Part shown: one piece after another, positions 40,227 to 49,551 of the stretch | Numbering within the stretch: position 1 is the stretch's first letter | How the letters are laid out: each line of letters begins with the position of its first letter | NCBI GenBank assembly: GCA_937934305.1 | Contig: CALHAG010000002.1 | Location: 13,263-77,262 of the forward strand | Direction of reading: 5' to 3' | Length of the DNA: 64,000 bases | Source of the DNA: Candidatus Caldarchaeum subterraneum | Lineage (GTDB): Archaea > Thermoproteota > Nitrososphaeria_A > Caldarchaeales > Caldarchaeaceae | Translations under genes and position numbers: made by a program | The notes under the pieces: model-generated | Databases searched by the model: none | What the model saw: only the letters and a program-made list of their open reading frames with translations | Told to the model about the DNA's origin: nothing

Positions 40227-40578
40227 ACCTCAACCCAAACTCAAAAACGCGCAAATATAAAACAATATCCCGCAGACTAGAGGACACAAGATTGTCTAAA
40301 AATTGCGGGAAGATCTCTAACACCCAGATACTTTAAAACAAGATGCGCATCGAGAAAACGTCAAGGTAGGCAACAAAATATATGTGAATTGGACCGAAGC
40401 ATCAAGAAACGTGATGGCTGGGAAGATACATCCGCAGCCATAGAACAATATCACAAAGACACACATTAGCCTAAGGAAAACTAGCAAAACCGCGAACCTT
40501 TAAAAACCAAAACTCCAACGCCTAAACAGGCCCAGGCCATGCATCAAAACAGAAGGAATACACCGAGGCTGGACAAGT

Positions 40579-41682
40579 ATGAAGGTGCTATTCACGGCAA
40601 GCGGTGAAAAAGTGGGCGGAGCCACGCTCGCCATGCTTCATCTAATGCTAGGCCTACCCAGCCAAGGCATCCAACCCATACTCCTCACACCAAACACCTC
40701 CGCAATAAACCCAAACCTAACCAAAAAACTCATGCAAAAAGGTGTCAAAATAGTCGAGGGCCGACACAGACTAAAAGGCCTCCTTCACTGGCTATGGCTA
40801 CTCATAACAACCCTAAAGCTCTCCAGAAAACTCGGCGTCAAGATAATCCACACACACGGCCCAAAAGAGGCCACGGTTTTAGGCATCGCAGCAAAAATAC
40901 TCGGGCTAAAACATGTCTACACAGTCGAGGGGGACCCTATCATAGAAACCTACATCAACAGAAGCGGCCCCGTAGCCACTCTGGTCAACAAAATCCTCTT
41001 CAAAACAGGCCTCCGACTCGCAGACGAGGTGGTAGGATGCAGCCGATGGATGGCCACACACATCACGAAAACCTACGGAATAAAAGCCACACCGATATGG
41101 AACCCCATCGACCACGAAAAATTCTCCAACACCACAACATCCCACCCCGACGAACAAACCATCCTCACCGCAGCCAGACTCGACAAAGTCAAAGACATAG
41201 AAACACTGCTACACGCCGTCGAAGACATAGAACCCATGAACCGCCCCAAACTCCTAATCGCGGGAGACGGCCCACTCAAGGAAACCCTCACCGAAATGGT
41301 GAAAACAAAAAAACTACAAGACAAGGTCATCTTCCTCGGACACAGAACAGACGTTGAAGAACTAATGGCCAAGGCCCACATCTTCATACTTCCATCACTC
41401 TACGAGCCCTTCGGCATGGCGGCCGCAGAAGCCATGGCAGCAGGCAGACCAGTCATAGCATCAAACGTCGGCGGCCTCAGAGAAATAGTAGACCACGGCG
41501 TAAACGGCCTCCTCTTCACACCAAAAAACCACCGCGAACTCGCACAACACATAACAAAACTCCTACAAGACAAAAAACTATGGACCACTCTCTCACAAAA
41601 CGCCAGAGAAAAATCAGCCATCTTCAAACCCGAGAACATAGCGAAACGATACCTAGAGGTTTACATGCGATGCTTAGGTTAA
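40579..41682 (+). CDS. Glycosyltransferase family 4
   Basis: IIHTH, ARLDKVK, GDGP, PSLYEPFGMAAAEAMAAG, NVGGLREIV. Confidence 0.92.
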   Translation: MKVLFTASGEKVGGATLAMLHLMLGLPSQGIQPILLTPNTSAINPNLTKKLMQKGVKIVEGRHRLKGLLHWLWLLITTLKLSRKLGVKIIHTHGPKEATVLGIAAKILGLKHVYTVEGDPIIETYINRSGPVATLVNKILFKTGLRLADEVVGCSRWMATHITKTYGIKATPIWNPIDHEKFSNTTTSHPDEQTILTAARLDKVKDIETLLHAVEDIEPMNRPKLLIAGDGPLKETLTEMVKTKKLQDKVIFLGHRTDVEELMAKAHIFILPSLYEPFGMAAAEAMAAGRPVIASNVGGLREIVDHGVNGLLFTPKNHRELAQHITKLLQDKKLWTTLSQNAREKSAIFKPENIAKRYLEVYMRCLG

Positions 41683-41707
41683 AAAATCGGTCAACAACCC
41701 TCGATGC

Positions 41708-42664
41708 ATGATAATGGTCACGGGGGCGCTTGGGTTCATAGGCAGCCACCTAACCGAAGATCTCCTCGACAAAGGCGAAAAAGTAGCAGGCGTCAGCCAC
41801 CCGACACCACCTGAAAACAACATCAACATCCTAACAAGCCACAAAGCCGCATCAAACCTCCACATAATATACAGCGACCTGAAAAACCTCGACGAAGTAA
41901 AACAGATACTGAAAACAAACGCCCCCACACATGTATACCATCTCGCGGCACTCGCCTCCCACAGACTGAGCATGTCCGAGCCATACAAATACCTCGAAAA
42001 CAACATACTAACCACACTCAACATCCTAGAAGCAGCACGCCTCACAGAACCCAGCCCGCGTATAATTTATTCATCAAGCAGCAGCATCTACGGAAACAAC
42101 AAACCGCCGTTGAGAGAGGACATGAAGCCCGACCCAAGAGGACCATACGCTCTAAGCAAATGGATATGCGAAGAGCTCTGCAGCCAATACGTCAAAGACT
42201 ATGGACTCGACGTCGTCACGGTGAGATACTTCAACGTCGTCGGTGAAAGATGCAGAGGAAACATAGTTTTCCGAGTTTTCGCCGAACGCGCATCAAAAAA
42301 CTTGGACCTTGAGGTCTACGGGCGATTCATCAACGGCGTCTTCAAACCCGCTGCAAGAGACTTCACATACGTCAAAGACGCAGTCCAAGGAACGATTCTA
42401 GCCGCTGAGAAAGGTGTAAAAGGTGAGGTCTACAACATCGGGTTCGGCAGACCGGTCAGCGTCAAAACAGTGGCTGAACTAATCATAAAAAACCTGGGAA
42501 GTCGTTCAAGAATAGTGGAGAAGGAGCTCAAGCCACATGAAAGCCTCGAAAGCTACTCCGATAACAACAAAGCGCGGACACAACTCGGCTGGACGCCGAA
42601 GAAAGACGTAGAGGAAATGGTGCATAGATTCTTAGTATACTGGAAAAATATCCAACAACCATAA
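41708..42664 (+). CDS. NAD-dependent sugar epimerase/dehydratase (extended SDR)
   Basis: VTGALGFIGSH, HLAA, SSSSIYG, YALSK, RYFNV, RDFTYV. Confidence 0.92.
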   Translation: MIMVTGALGFIGSHLTEDLLDKGEKVAGVSHPTPPENNINILTSHKAASNLHIIYSDLKNLDEVKQILKTNAPTHVYHLAALASHRLSMSEPYKYLENNILTTLNILEAARLTEPSPRIIYSSSSSIYGNNKPPLREDMKPDPRGPYALSKWICEELCSQYVKDYGLDVVTVRYFNVVGERCRGNIVFRVFAERASKNLDLEVYGRFINGVFKPAARDFTYVKDAVQGTILAAEKGVKGEVYNIGFGRPVSVKTVAELIIKNLGSRSRIVEKELKPHESLESYSDNNKARTQLGWTPKKDVEEMVHRFLVYWKNIQQP

Positions 42665-42835
42665 ACCATAATCGCTCAAAAACTTAGAAACAATCTCCAA
42701 CGTGCCGTCAACAGAGCCACCATCAACCACCACAACATCACCAACCATATCACCCAACTCCACCAAACCTTCTAGACAATCACGAATAGTCCTCGAAGAA
42801 TTCCTAGTTAAAATGACGAACGAAACTTCTGCAAC
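42632..42835 (-). pseudogene. N-terminal remnant of a family 2 glycosyltransferase
   Basis: Manual translation VSFVILTRNSSRTIRDCLEGL...VVVVDGGSVDGTLEIV, ending after about 67 codons; no start codon ahead of the motif. Confidence 0.7.
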
Positions 42836-43079
42836 AGATTACAAACAGGCCCTATTTATTTTTCAAGAGAGACAACATCACTAAAATACACTCGGCACCA
42901 ACAACGATGCTAACAGAGCAGATTATTCCTCAAATTCCTTTTTCGTAAAAAATTCTGAATCCTAAATATGAGCACCAACCCCATATGCTTGAAACCTTGG
43001 ATAAGAAGCTGAGCTGGCAGTGGTTATTACCTCGGGTAAAACAGGTAATACCTAGATACCGAGAAATATTTCATTAAAC

Positions 43080-43331
43080 ATGAAGGTTGTTAGCGTCAAG
43101 GTAGACGACAGCACTAAAGCCAAAATGGAAAAGTTTAAAGACGTTAACTGGTCTGAGGTAATAAGAAAAGCCATCATTGAAAGGATTAAGTTCAAGGAAA
43201 GTTTACGTACAGAGATAGACAAGCGCCGTGCGCATCATGCTTCTGAGCGGATGGAGAAGCTTAGGGAGAAAACAACCGGTAAATGGAGCGGGGGCGAGGA
43301 GATTAGGAAGTGGCGCGAGCTGAGACTATAG
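43080..43331 (+). CDS. VapB-type (RHH) antitoxin
   Basis: VVSVKVDD, VNWSEVIRKAI, EEIRKWR; precedes a PIN gene. Confidence 0.78.
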   Translation: MKVVSVKVDDSTKAKMEKFKDVNWSEVIRKAIIERIKFKESLRTEIDKRRAHHASERMEKLREKTTGKWSGGEEIRKWRELRL

Positions 43332-43498
43332 TTATTGACGCGTCTGTGGCCGTTAAATGGTTTAACAAAGAGGAATATTCAGATGACGCAGATCGGTTGA
43401 AGGATGCCCATGTGAGGGGGAGGATAAGACTTGCGGCTCCTGAGCTACTTTTGTATGAGGTTTTAAACGCGCTACGCTATAACGCTGAGCAGCCCTAA
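43310..43498 (+). pseudogene. Truncated VapC/PIN toxin
   Basis: IVIDASVAVKW, APELLLYEVLNAL; stops at 62 aa without the C-terminal YD/TxD motifs. Confidence 0.78.
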
Positions 43499-43513
43499 GA
43501 CTAGTTCGCCAAA

Positions 43514-43700
43514 CATGTTCTCACTAATGCCGCATCGAATCTTCGCATAATTTACAGATACCTGAAAAAGACGAAACAGGGCCTCGAAAGCTACTCAGAC
43601 AACACCAAAGCACGTAAACATCTATGTTGGGAGCCGAAAACAGACATCGAGCAGATGATGAAAAAATTCACAGAATATTGGAAGAACACAAACCACTTAA
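43514..43700 (+). pseudogene. Internally deleted remnant of a paralog of the 41708-42664 epimerase
   Basis: AASNLRIIYRYLK matches AASNLHIIYSDLK, fused to LESYSDNTKARKHLCWEPK...YWKN matching LESYSDNNKARTQLGWTPK...YWKN. Confidence 0.72.
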
Positions 43701-43725
43701 CTGATAAGATTATAAACCAGGTCAC

Positions 43726-44808
43726 ATGATTATCTTTTGGACAATGGCCCAGAGGCTGAGGAAGCAGTTCATCGATTTGCTGGAGAAGGATGTCGAGTTC
43801 CGGTACACAGTGGCAGGCTACCTTGGGTTATCCGAGGTTTTGAAGAGGCTTGACGCAGTGGAGGCGGAGCTACGAGGTCTACGCGAGGATGTGAAGAAGC
43901 TGTGGGAGGAGGTGAAAAGCCTCCGAGAGGAAGAGAACAAGCTATGGGAAGAGGTAAAGAGCCTTAGAGAAGGGCAGAACAAACTGTGGGAAGGCCAGAA
44001 CAGGCTATGGGAAGAGGTCAAGAGCTTGAGAGATGGTCAGAACAAACTGTGGGAAAGCGTTGAGAAGCTTTGGGTAGAAGTCAAAAACCTTAGAGAGGGT
44101 CAGGAGAAACTCTGGGAAAACCAGAACAGGCTTTGGGAGGGGCAGAATAAGCTGTGGGAAGAGGTGAAGAGCCTTAGAGAAGGGCAGGAGAAGCTGTGGG
44201 AGGAGGTGAAAAGCCTCCGAGAGGGGGAGAATAAGCTATGGGAGGAGGTGAAGAACCTTAGAGAGGGTCAGGAGAAACTCTGGGAAAACCAGAACAGGCT
44301 TTGGGAGGGGCAGAACAAGCTATGGGAGGAGGTGAAGAACATGAGGGATAGTTTGAACAGGTTGTGGGAGTCTCATTTCCGTCTAGAGAAATATGTCAGG
44401 ACTGGATTTGAGGGGCTTCGGAAGGCGCTTCACATCACATTCGAAGACTACTCCCGCTCCTTTACCCAGCTGCTTCTCGAGGAAATGGGGTATGGCTGGC
44501 GTGAAGTGGATAGGAAGATTCTGGTTTCCGACGGTGAACCGGTTGAGGTTGATATCTTCTGTGAGGAGCCGCTGGTTGTGGGTGAGGTTACCTCGTTGCT
44601 GGAGAGGTGGGAGGACGTGGAGAGGGAGCTTGATAGATTGGAGAAACGGGTTGAGCTCGCCAGCCGTGTTTATGGGAGAAAGCCCGAGATGGTGCTTCTC
44701 TGCGTTGGCCGTGTCTCTGAGGACATTGCTCCAAGCCTCCGACGCGCTGCCTCGACCAAGGGTGTGAGGCTTGTTCTCGGCGGCGAGATAAAGGAGGCCG
44801 TTGTCTAA
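43726..44808 (+). CDS. Heptad-repeat coiled-coil protein with C-terminal PD-(D/E)xK-like domain (DUF3782/DUF1626-like)
   Basis: N-terminal LLEKDVEFRYTVAGYLG; about 23 heptads of LWEEVKS/LREGQNK type; EVDIF...VVGEVT. Confidence 0.72.
   Translation: MIIFWTMAQRLRKQFIDLLEKDVEFRYTVAGYLGLSEVLKRLDAVEAELRGLREDVKKLWEEVKSLREEENKLWEEVKSLREGQNKLWEGQNRLWEEVKSLRDGQNKLWESVEKLWVEVKNLREGQEKLWENQNRLWEGQNKLWEEVKSLREGQEKLWEEVKSLREGENKLWEEVKNLREGQEKLWENQNRLWEGQNKLWEEVKNMRDSLNRLWESHFRLEKYVRTGFEGLRKALHITFEDYSRSFTQLLLEEMGYGWREVDRKILVSDGEPVEVDIFCEEPLVVGEVTSLLERWEDVERELDRLEKRVELASRVYGRKPEMVLLCVGRVSEDIAPSLRRAASTKGVRLVLGGEIKEAVV
43900..44380 (+). repeat. Coding tandem repeats of 21/42 nt with an exact ~60-nt internal duplication
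   Basis: aaccttagagagggtcaggagaaactctgggaaaaccagaacaggctttgggaggggcagaa occurs at about 44086 and about 44254. Confidence 0.9.
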
Positions 44809-44842
44809 GCTATTCTGTCTGTGAAATGGCTGTTGTGTGAAC
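44807..44842. repeat. Degenerate copy of the rps30e 3' end (att-like direct repeat, left copy)
   Basis: aagctattctgtctgtgaaatggctgttgtgtgaac versus 46804-46839 aagctattctgtctgtgaggtggctggtgcgagaac: 31/36 identical, first 18 nt exact. Confidence 0.8.
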
Positions 44843-45098
44843 CGATACAGAAGCAAATAACTTTACAACAGAGGTTGGTGAACCTATACCTTCAGATGGA
44901 GGGGCTTTCTCCACGCGCAAAGTTCTTTGAGGAGCTTGTGAATTCTTGGAGCGGGTTAACCCGACGAGTGAGGATGCTGATGAGGAGCCCGATGAAGCCA
45001 AGAGCCATATCTCCATATGATGTCTACATGGCTGCAGAACCCGTAAATAAGTTAGGTATAACCGTAGGTTTATAAAAGTGTATAACGATGAGTTTACT

Positions 45099-45329
45099 GT
45101 GAGCAGTGTAGTCGCCGTCAAAGTCAACAAAAGATTGAAGGAGGCTATGAGACGCTACAGCAATCGGGTTGACTGGCCTTCCGAGATCAGGACATTTATC
45201 ATGGAAAAAATTAGGAGGCTTGAGGCTGAGGAAAATCTTGAAAGAGTGGTGAAGATGTTGGAGGAAACGGGGAGTGTCGAGGAGGGGTTCAGCCTCAAAG
45301 CCGTGAGGGAGGACCGTGATAGTCATTGA
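45099..45329 (+). CDS. VapB-type antitoxin
   Basis: SSVVAVKVNKRLKEAM, VDWPSEIRTFI, AVREDRDSH. Confidence 0.82.
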   Translation: MSSVVAVKVNKRLKEAMRRYSNRVDWPSEIRTFIMEKIRRLEAEENLERVVKMLEETGSVEEGFSLKAVREDRDSH

Positions 45330-45714
45330 CAGCTCGATACTAGCATCGTTCATCCTAAAAGAGCCCGGTTGGGAAAAAATCAAAGAACTAATGCTTGATG
45401 CCGTGACAGTTGACCTAGCAATCAAAGAAGTCTTTAATGCTCTGTTGATAGCGTGCCAAACCGGTCGGATAACCTTCGAAGATGCGCAGAAGAAGGCCGA
45501 GGCTCTCGAAAAACTCATCACAATTAATGTCAAAACTTTCAATCAAGAAGATATACTGATGGAATCTTTCGAGCTTGCATACAAAGAAAAATTGACAATT
45601 TACGACAGCTTGTTCATTGTTTTGGCCCGGAAGCTCAAGCTACCCCTCGCCACGAAAGACCGGCGCCAGCACGAGGTGGCGCTTTTGGCTGGTGTGCCAG
45701 CATCACTTTACTAA
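45316..45714 (+). CDS. VapC/PIN toxin
   Basis: IVIDSS, KEVFNA, TIYDSLFI, LATKD. Confidence 0.88.
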   Translation: MIVIDSSILASFILKEPGWEKIKELMLDAVTVDLAIKEVFNALLIACQTGRITFEDAQKKAEALEKLITINVKTFNQEDILMESFELAYKEKLTIYDSLFIVLARKLKLPLATKDRRQHEVALLAGVPASLY

Positions 45715-45741
45715 TCGGAACACATCTTTCTAGATGGAATG

Positions 45742-46167
45742 TCACAGTTGTAAGCTGTTCATTAATTTTCTGACCGCCTCGAATACTTTTTCGGCGTCTG
45801 AGAGAGCTTTTTCGGCATCGATTTTTGCATAAATTTCTTCTGGCGGAAGGTTAAGCTCTTCGTCGCCGTACATGGCCGTTTCTCTCTCCTTCCTTAAAGC
45901 TCTCGATATGGAGGCCAGTTCATCAATCTGTTCGTTCATCCACGATGGGAACCTGCTTTTCTCTCTTCTGAGTATTGGTCCGACATCATGCCATTTAGGC
46001 GGCTCGACTCCGACCAGTCTCAACGCAGCTTTGAGGGAAAGCTCCACACATTCTTGACAAAGTCTTACGGCGTATGCGTAGCTGCCTTTCTGTAGGGCTG
46101 TTTTCGCTGTTGTCAACCGCTCCTCGGCCTGTCTAAGGTTGGACTTGGCCATCTCCAGATTGTCCAT
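45742..46167 (-). CDS. HEPN domain protein
   Basis: CQECVELSLKAAL, PPKWHDVG, ERETAMYG. Confidence 0.88.
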   Translation of the reverse strand: MDNLEMAKSNLRQAEERLTTAKTALQKGSYAYAVRLCQECVELSLKAALRLVGVEPPKWHDVGPILRREKSRFPSWMNEQIDELASISRALRKERETAMYGDEELNLPPEEIYAKIDAEKALSDAEKVFEAVRKLMNSLQL

Positions 46168-46666
46168 TTATCTTCACCCTCTTCACTCCGCCGCCTTTCC
46201 AGAGCCTCCAGTACCATTTCCTCCCTATCCACACCCTTTCAGCACCCATCTTCTCTAGATTAGCCCTTAGAGAATTGAGGAGGTTTGTAAGGAAACTGTC
46301 TTTGTCGTATAGTATTACGGCGTCTTCGGTCATGTCTAGGAGAATGCTGGGTATTCGCGCGGCCTCTTGGGGTGTGAGGATGATTGGTGAGATGGAGACG
46401 CCGTAGCCCCGTTCATAAAGAGTGTCCAGGAACTTGTCCAAATCTTTCTCGCATTCTATGAACAGCTCTGTTCTATCCAGCCTGTTCTTAGGGAGCTTCT
46501 CACACACAACCATCACATCCAAATCGCTTTCTTTCCCCGCTTCACCTCTTGCAACAGAGCCGAAAACAGCGACGGAGACCAGCCGATCACCCAGCCGTCG
46601 GTGAAGGCTTTCCACCAGCTTTTGAGCAAGTGTTCTGTACGGCTCCTCCAGCAAAGCTTCAGTCAC
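46133..46666 (-). CDS. Minimal nucleotidyltransferase (MNT)
   Basis: FGSVARGEAGKESDLDV, AVILYDKD, WYWRL. Likely start GTG 46666. Confidence 0.88.
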   Translation of the reverse strand: MTEALLEEPYRTLAQKLVESLHRRLGDRLVSVAVFGSVARGEAGKESDLDVMVVCEKLPKNRLDRTELFIECEKDLDKFLDTLYERGYGVSISPIILTPQEAARIPSILLDMTEDAVILYDKDSFLTNLLNSLRANLEKMGAERVWIGRKWYWRLWKGGGVKRVKINGQSGDGQVQP

Positions 46667-46803
46667 AAAATACGGGTTTACCGGTATAATTAAAGCTAAG
46701 CCAAAAAGCGTCGCGTGACATTCCATAACTTGTATAGTAATTGCTCTGGCGGCTGATGCGATTTTGTTGCGGGTGGTGACTTTTGTAGGCTACGGGGTTG
46801 TTG

Positions 46804-46839
46804 AAGCTATTCTGTCTGTGAGGTGGCTGGTGCGAGAAC
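46804..46839. repeat. att-like direct repeat, right copy (3' end of rps30e)
   Basis: Matches 44807-44842. Confidence 0.8.
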
Positions 46840-46962
46840 TCTCTTGATGTAGTTTTGTCTGTTTCTTTGTCGTGGGAAGGGTGATTTGCGTGGCTTGGCC
46901 TCGAGCTTGGGTGTCTGGCTTCTCACTTTTCCCGCTTTTGTGATGCTTCCGTGGGACGGCAT
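46807..46962 (-). CDS. rps30e: 30S ribosomal protein S30e (absent from the ORF track)
   Basis: Manual translation [51 protein letters not shown]; HGS.TKAGKVR.QTP signature. Confidence 0.95.
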   Translation of the reverse strand: MPSHGSITKAGKVRSQTPKLEAKPRKSPFPRQRNRQNYIKRVLAPATSQTE

Positions 46963-47005
46963 GCCAATATGTTGACTGTTTTTCCTGTATATTAGGGCTA
47001 TCTCG

Positions 47006-47012
47006 TTTATAT
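47006..47012 (+). promoter_or_regulatory. Probable TATA box of the nop5 operon
   Basis: TTTATAT about 26 nt upstream of ATG 47038, consistent with a leaderless archaeal promoter. Confidence 0.5.
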
Positions 47013-47037
47013 CGCGGGATGGTGTTCTTTTCCGCGG

Positions 47038-48216
47038 ATGTCTCGGGCTGTTGTGGTGCCGATGGGTGTTGGCTGGGCTGGTTTGGACGATGATGGAAGG
47101 CTTGTTTTGCTGAGGTTTTTTTCGGAGAAGGTGGATGAGCTTGTGCGGATTGTTTCCTCGAATGATTTACCCTCGGGGTTTGTTGAGGCTTTTCTCAAGG
47201 AGCTGCGGGAACGTGGATACTCTGTTCTGGGTTACTGGGATGAGAGAGTGGGCGATGTGTTGAACAAGTATGCGGCTTCTTTTGGTTTTTCTCTTGAGAG
47301 GGTTGAGAAGAGGCTGGTGGATGTTGAGTCTCTTTTGCCATCTTCAGAGGTGGAGAGGTTTCGCGAGCTTGTTCGAGAGGTTTCCTTGGCGGTGGCCCGG
47401 CAGCGTATCATGGCCGAGGCCGGGCGGAGAGACCTTCACATCGTCCACGCTGTGAGGGTGCTCGACGACCTTGAGAAGACGAAAAACCAGCTCTACGTCC
47501 GTGTGAGAGAATGGTATAGTGTTCATTTCCCTGAGCTATCCTCTCTCCTGACCGATGGCGATGATTTTCTCAAGTTCGCGTCGGTGCCGGTTTTGCGGCA
47601 TAGTTTGGATGAGCGGGTGGTTTCGAAGCTGCTGGGCCCTGATTTGGCTAGACGGGTTATGGAGGCTGCTGAGAAGTCTGTCGGCGGTGACATGGGGCCC
47701 GGTGACGCGGCGATGCTTTCGGCAACGGCTTCACTTGGGCTAGAGGTGAGCAAGCTTGCTGAAAAAACCGCCGAATACATACGTGAGTTGATGGCTTCCG
47801 AGGCACCGAACCTATCGGCAGTGGCTGGCCCTGTTCTGGGCAGTAGGCTGATTTCTTTGGCGGGCGGGCTTGAGCGTCTCGCACGGCTTCCCGCAAGCAC
47901 CATTCAAGTCCTCGGAGCGGAGAAGGCCTTGTTCAGGTTCCTGAAAACAGGACGCGGCTCCCCCAAACATGGCGTGATATTCCAGCACCCGCTTATACAC
48001 ACGGCGCCGAAGTGGCAGAGAGGCAAGATTGCAAGGGCCCTCGCCACCAAGATAAGTATAGCCGCGCGCATAGACTATTTCTCTAAAGGGGACAGGGGTG
48101 CGCAGCTACGTGAAGCCTTGGAGAAAAGGGTTGAGGAGATACGTCGTAAATATGCTTCACCGCCTGCGAAGAAACCTTTGGCGAAACCCGTTGAAAGGAG
48201 GCGTAGAAGAAGGTGA
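47038..48216 (+). CDS. nop5: C/D box sRNP protein Nop5 (Nop56/58)
   Basis: [55 protein letters not shown]. Confidence 0.95.
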   Translation: MSRAVVVPMGVGWAGLDDDGRLVLLRFFSEKVDELVRIVSSNDLPSGFVEAFLKELRERGYSVLGYWDERVGDVLNKYAASFGFSLERVEKRLVDVESLLPSSEVERFRELVREVSLAVARQRIMAEAGRRDLHIVHAVRVLDDLEKTKNQLYVRVREWYSVHFPELSSLLTDGDDFLKFASVPVLRHSLDERVVSKLLGPDLARRVMEAAEKSVGGDMGPGDAAMLSATASLGLEVSKLAEKTAEYIRELMASEAPNLSAVAGPVLGSRLISLAGGLERLARLPASTIQVLGAEKALFRFLKTGRGSPKHGVIFQHPLIHTAPKWQRGKIARALATKISIAARIDYFSKGDRGAQLREALEKRVEEIRRKYASPPAKKPLAKPVERRRRRR

Positions 48217-48908
48217 AGCCGTCGATTAAGCCTCATCCACGTTTTGAAGGTGTTTATTTCGTCGAGGGGGTTGAGGGGCTTAGGCCTGCGACCAAGAGCT
48301 TGGACCCAGGGTTTCAGGTCTATGGTGAGGAGCTTGTCAAGGCAGGTGACGGGGAGTATCGTGTGTGGAACCCTTTCCGAAGCAAGCTTGCAGCCGCCAT
48401 CCTGAGGGATGTGAAGGAGATTTTCATACGACCCGGGTCAAGGGTTCTTTATCTCGGCTCCGCATCGGGGACAACTGTTTCACATGTCTCCGACATCGTG
48501 GGGCCGCGGGGGATTGTGTATGGCGTCGATTTTGCTCCAAAGGTTATGCAGCAGTTTATCCAGAAAGTTGCCGAGCGCAGGAGAAATGTTGTACCTATAT
48601 TGGCTGATGCGTCGAAGCCTGAGACCTATGCTCATCTCGTCGGTGTGGTGGACGTTATCTATGCTGATGTTGCGTGGCCTGCTCAAGCCGACCTCGTCGC
48701 CGCCAATGCGCGGCTTATGCTGCGGAAGGGAGGAGGTGTTTTGCTGGCTGTGAAGGCGCGGAGCATCGACAGCGTAGAGGAGCCGGGCAAGGTTGTAGAC
48801 CGAGAGGTGCGTACGCTTGCCTCTAGCGGGTTTGAGATAAGGGAGACTCTTGGGCTCGAGCCTTTTGAGAAGGACCATGTGATGGTTGCGGCGGTCTACC
48901 TTGGCTAA
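48213..48908 (+). CDS. flpA: Fibrillarin-like rRNA/tRNA 2'-O-methyltransferase
   Basis: VYGE, YRVWNPFRSKLAAA, VLYLGSASGTTVSHVSD, LEPFEKDH. Confidence 0.95.
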   Translation: MKPSIKPHPRFEGVYFVEGVEGLRPATKSLDPGFQVYGEELVKAGDGEYRVWNPFRSKLAAAILRDVKEIFIRPGSRVLYLGSASGTTVSHVSDIVGPRGIVYGVDFAPKVMQQFIQKVAERRRNVVPILADASKPETYAHLVGVVDVIYADVAWPAQADLVAANARLMLRKGGGVLLAVKARSIDSVEEPGKVVDREVRTLASSGFEIRETLGLEPFEKDHVMVAAVYLG

Positions 48909-49551
48909 GGGTTTGCTTTGCGGTGTTGATGAAGCAGGTAGAGGCTGTGTGGTCGGGCCTCTGGTTATCGCGGCTGTCGCCGCCGAGCGTGATGAACTAC
49001 CTCTGCTCAAGGCTTTGGGTGTGGCTGATTCGAAGACGCTTTCTCCGAGAAGACGTGAAGAGATTTTTGAGAAGCTGCGGACGAGTTTTCGGGTCGGGTA
49101 TATGGCGGTTACGCCGAGACGTATCTCCTCGTGTCTCAGGGTTAACGGCGGCGATGGGTTGAACGAGCTTGAATATGGTGTGATGGCGGAGCTTGTGCAG
49201 AGTTTTCGGCCGCGGATTTTGTTTGTTGATTCGCCTGACAGGGATGTGAGACGTGCTCGTCGGAGGCTTTTGGAGAAGCTTGAGATGGAGATGGATGTTA
49301 GGTGTATGGTGAAGGGTGATAGGCGGCATGTTTTGGTCGCCGCGGCCTCTATAGTTGCGAAAGTGGTGAGGGACAGGAAAGTGGAGATGCTACGGAGGCG
49401 GCTGGGCGACTTCGGCTCAGGGTATCCATCCGACCCGAAGACACGGAAATGGCTTCTCGAGAACCTTGGACAAGCAGCCATAAAACCATACATTCGCACG
49501 GGTTGGGCCACCCTTGAAAACCTCAGACAAACAAGGCTCGACGAGTTCTAG
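48901..49551 (+). CDS. rnhB: Ribonuclease HII
   Basis: GVDEAGRG, DSKTL, VAAASIVAKV, GSGYPSDP. Confidence 0.95.
   Translation: MAKGLLCGVDEAGRGCVVGPLVIAAVAAERDELPLLKALGVADSKTLSPRRREEIFEKLRTSFRVGYMAVTPRRISSCLRVNGGDGLNELEYGVMAELVQSFRPRILFVDSPDRDVRRARRRLLEKLEMEMDVRCMVKGDRRHVLVAAASIVAKVVRDRKVEMLRRRLGDFGSGYPSDPKTRKWLLENLGQAAIKPYIRTGWATLENLRQTRLDEF

Noticed and set aside
40414-40441. Inverted repeat ATGGCTG...CAGCCAT in intergenic DNA
   Set aside because: Short single hairpin with no second copy or U-tract; could be chance.
43900-44380. Repeat array as a CRISPR
   Set aside because: Units are in-frame 21-nt coding repeats without unique spacers, and no cas genes are nearby.
44821-45075. 84-aa ORF at the left end of the TA cassette
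   Set aside because: Starts inside the att-like repeat and has no recognisable motif; probably a remnant or spurious.
48480-49511. 343-aa minus-strand ORF and the many other long overlapping ORFs in the track
   Set aside because: They are antisense or alternate-frame shadows of well-supported genes (here fibrillarin and RNase HII) with no motifs of their own.
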